Virus record (IMG/VR): IMGVR_UViG_3300014205_000219
Span: 5,057-69,056 of that record
DNA length: 64,000 nt
Reading direction: 5' to 3' (one strand)
Origin: a virus
Lineage: Duplodnaviria > Caudoviricetes
A model generated the notes under the pieces. The model was not told where the DNA came from, did not search any database, and saw only the letters and a list, made by a program, of their open reading frames with translations. Shown here in pieces: positions 63,545-64,000 of this stretch (position 1 is the first letter of the stretch; every line of letters begins with the position of its first letter). A program made the position numbers and the translations under genes.

Positions 63545-64000
63545 GGTCTTTAATAATTATAATTACTTTTTGTTCGTCACGCTTGCATTTAACCTGTTGT
63601 GGGATAAACTGAGTTACTATACTTGGTTTGTCGTCTTTAATAATCTCTTTTTCAACCAGTGCGTCTCCGATGTGTTTAAAAGAACTACAAAAATTATCCC
63701 AATCCATAAGTATTGATTTGTAACCAATGTATTGAATAGTTACCTTTCCTTCGTGCTTTCTTACCTTGTTCTCTCGTAAATGATCGCCAATAATTAATTT
63801 GTATAGGTCTTTTTGTTTCTTTGTATTACTCCAATGAGAGCGCATTAACCCTTTATCTCCATTAAGACCAGCTATAAGTCCATCAATGGATAAAACGCTG
63901 TCTAATGGCTTGCAAATAGATGTATTGTTGCTTAAAAATATTTGGCTAGATGTCTCAAAAATTTCTTTTACTATTGGCAATGTAAATTCATTTTTAATTA
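63537..64000 (-). CDS. rusA: RusA-like Holliday junction resolvase (5' end beyond window)
   Basis: MDWDNF...K...DAL....IIKDD catalytic Asp pattern; frame stays open to window edge. Confidence 0.75.
   Translation of the reverse strand, partial: IKNEFTLPIVKEIFETSSQIFLSNNTSICKPLDSVLSIDGLIAGLNGDKGLMRSHWSNTKKQKDLYKLIIGDHLRENKVRKHEGKVTIQYIGYKSILMDWDNFCSSFKHIGDALVEKEIIKDDKPSIVTQFIPQQVKCKRDEQKVIIIIKDHA

Noticed and set aside
1-64000. CRISPR array or diversity-generating retroelement
   Set aside because: No regularly spaced repeat-spacer series, no reverse transcriptase motif and no TR/VR pair seen.

Overview
A 64-kb segment of an AT-rich tailed phage of Bacteroidota with crAss-like (podovirus) virion gene architecture. 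The host assignment rests on TTTG-N20-TAnnTTTG promoters, A-rich leaders without Shine-Dalgarno sites, and DUF3127/DUF5675-type genes. Layout: 1-7.8 kb, small minus-strand early genes; 7.8-8.7 kb, divergent control hub with a sharp G/C skew flip; 8.2-15 kb, HTH, HNH, J-domain, SSB-like and exonuclease genes; 14.6-28.5 kb, terminase, portal, scaffold, major capsid and structural genes; 28.7-31.8 kb, lysis genes interrupted by an antisense array of 7 tRNAs; 31.8-37.2 kb, minus-strand accessory genes; 37.3-58.2 kb, ring/muzzle and large cargo genes; 58-64 kb, ferritin, tail, Acb2/Tad1-like, GroES-like, HNH and RusA-like genes. Top finding: the tRNA array appears to be controlled by a leader-peptide attenuator. 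A promoter fires a 25-aa ORF (31139-31216, minus) containing 11 consecutive Leu/Tyr/Cys/Ser/Phe codons that sample every one of the 7 downstream tRNAs, followed by an intrinsic terminator directly in front of the first tRNA. This suggests a tRNA-depletion sensor that switches on replacement tRNAs (inference). Other strong signals: in-frame TAG codons inside otherwise intact genes, a polarized GGCGGCT cluster, recurrent regulatory motifs and a T9SS-CTD-like secreted protein. All protein family calls come from motif recognition by eye, not database searches.
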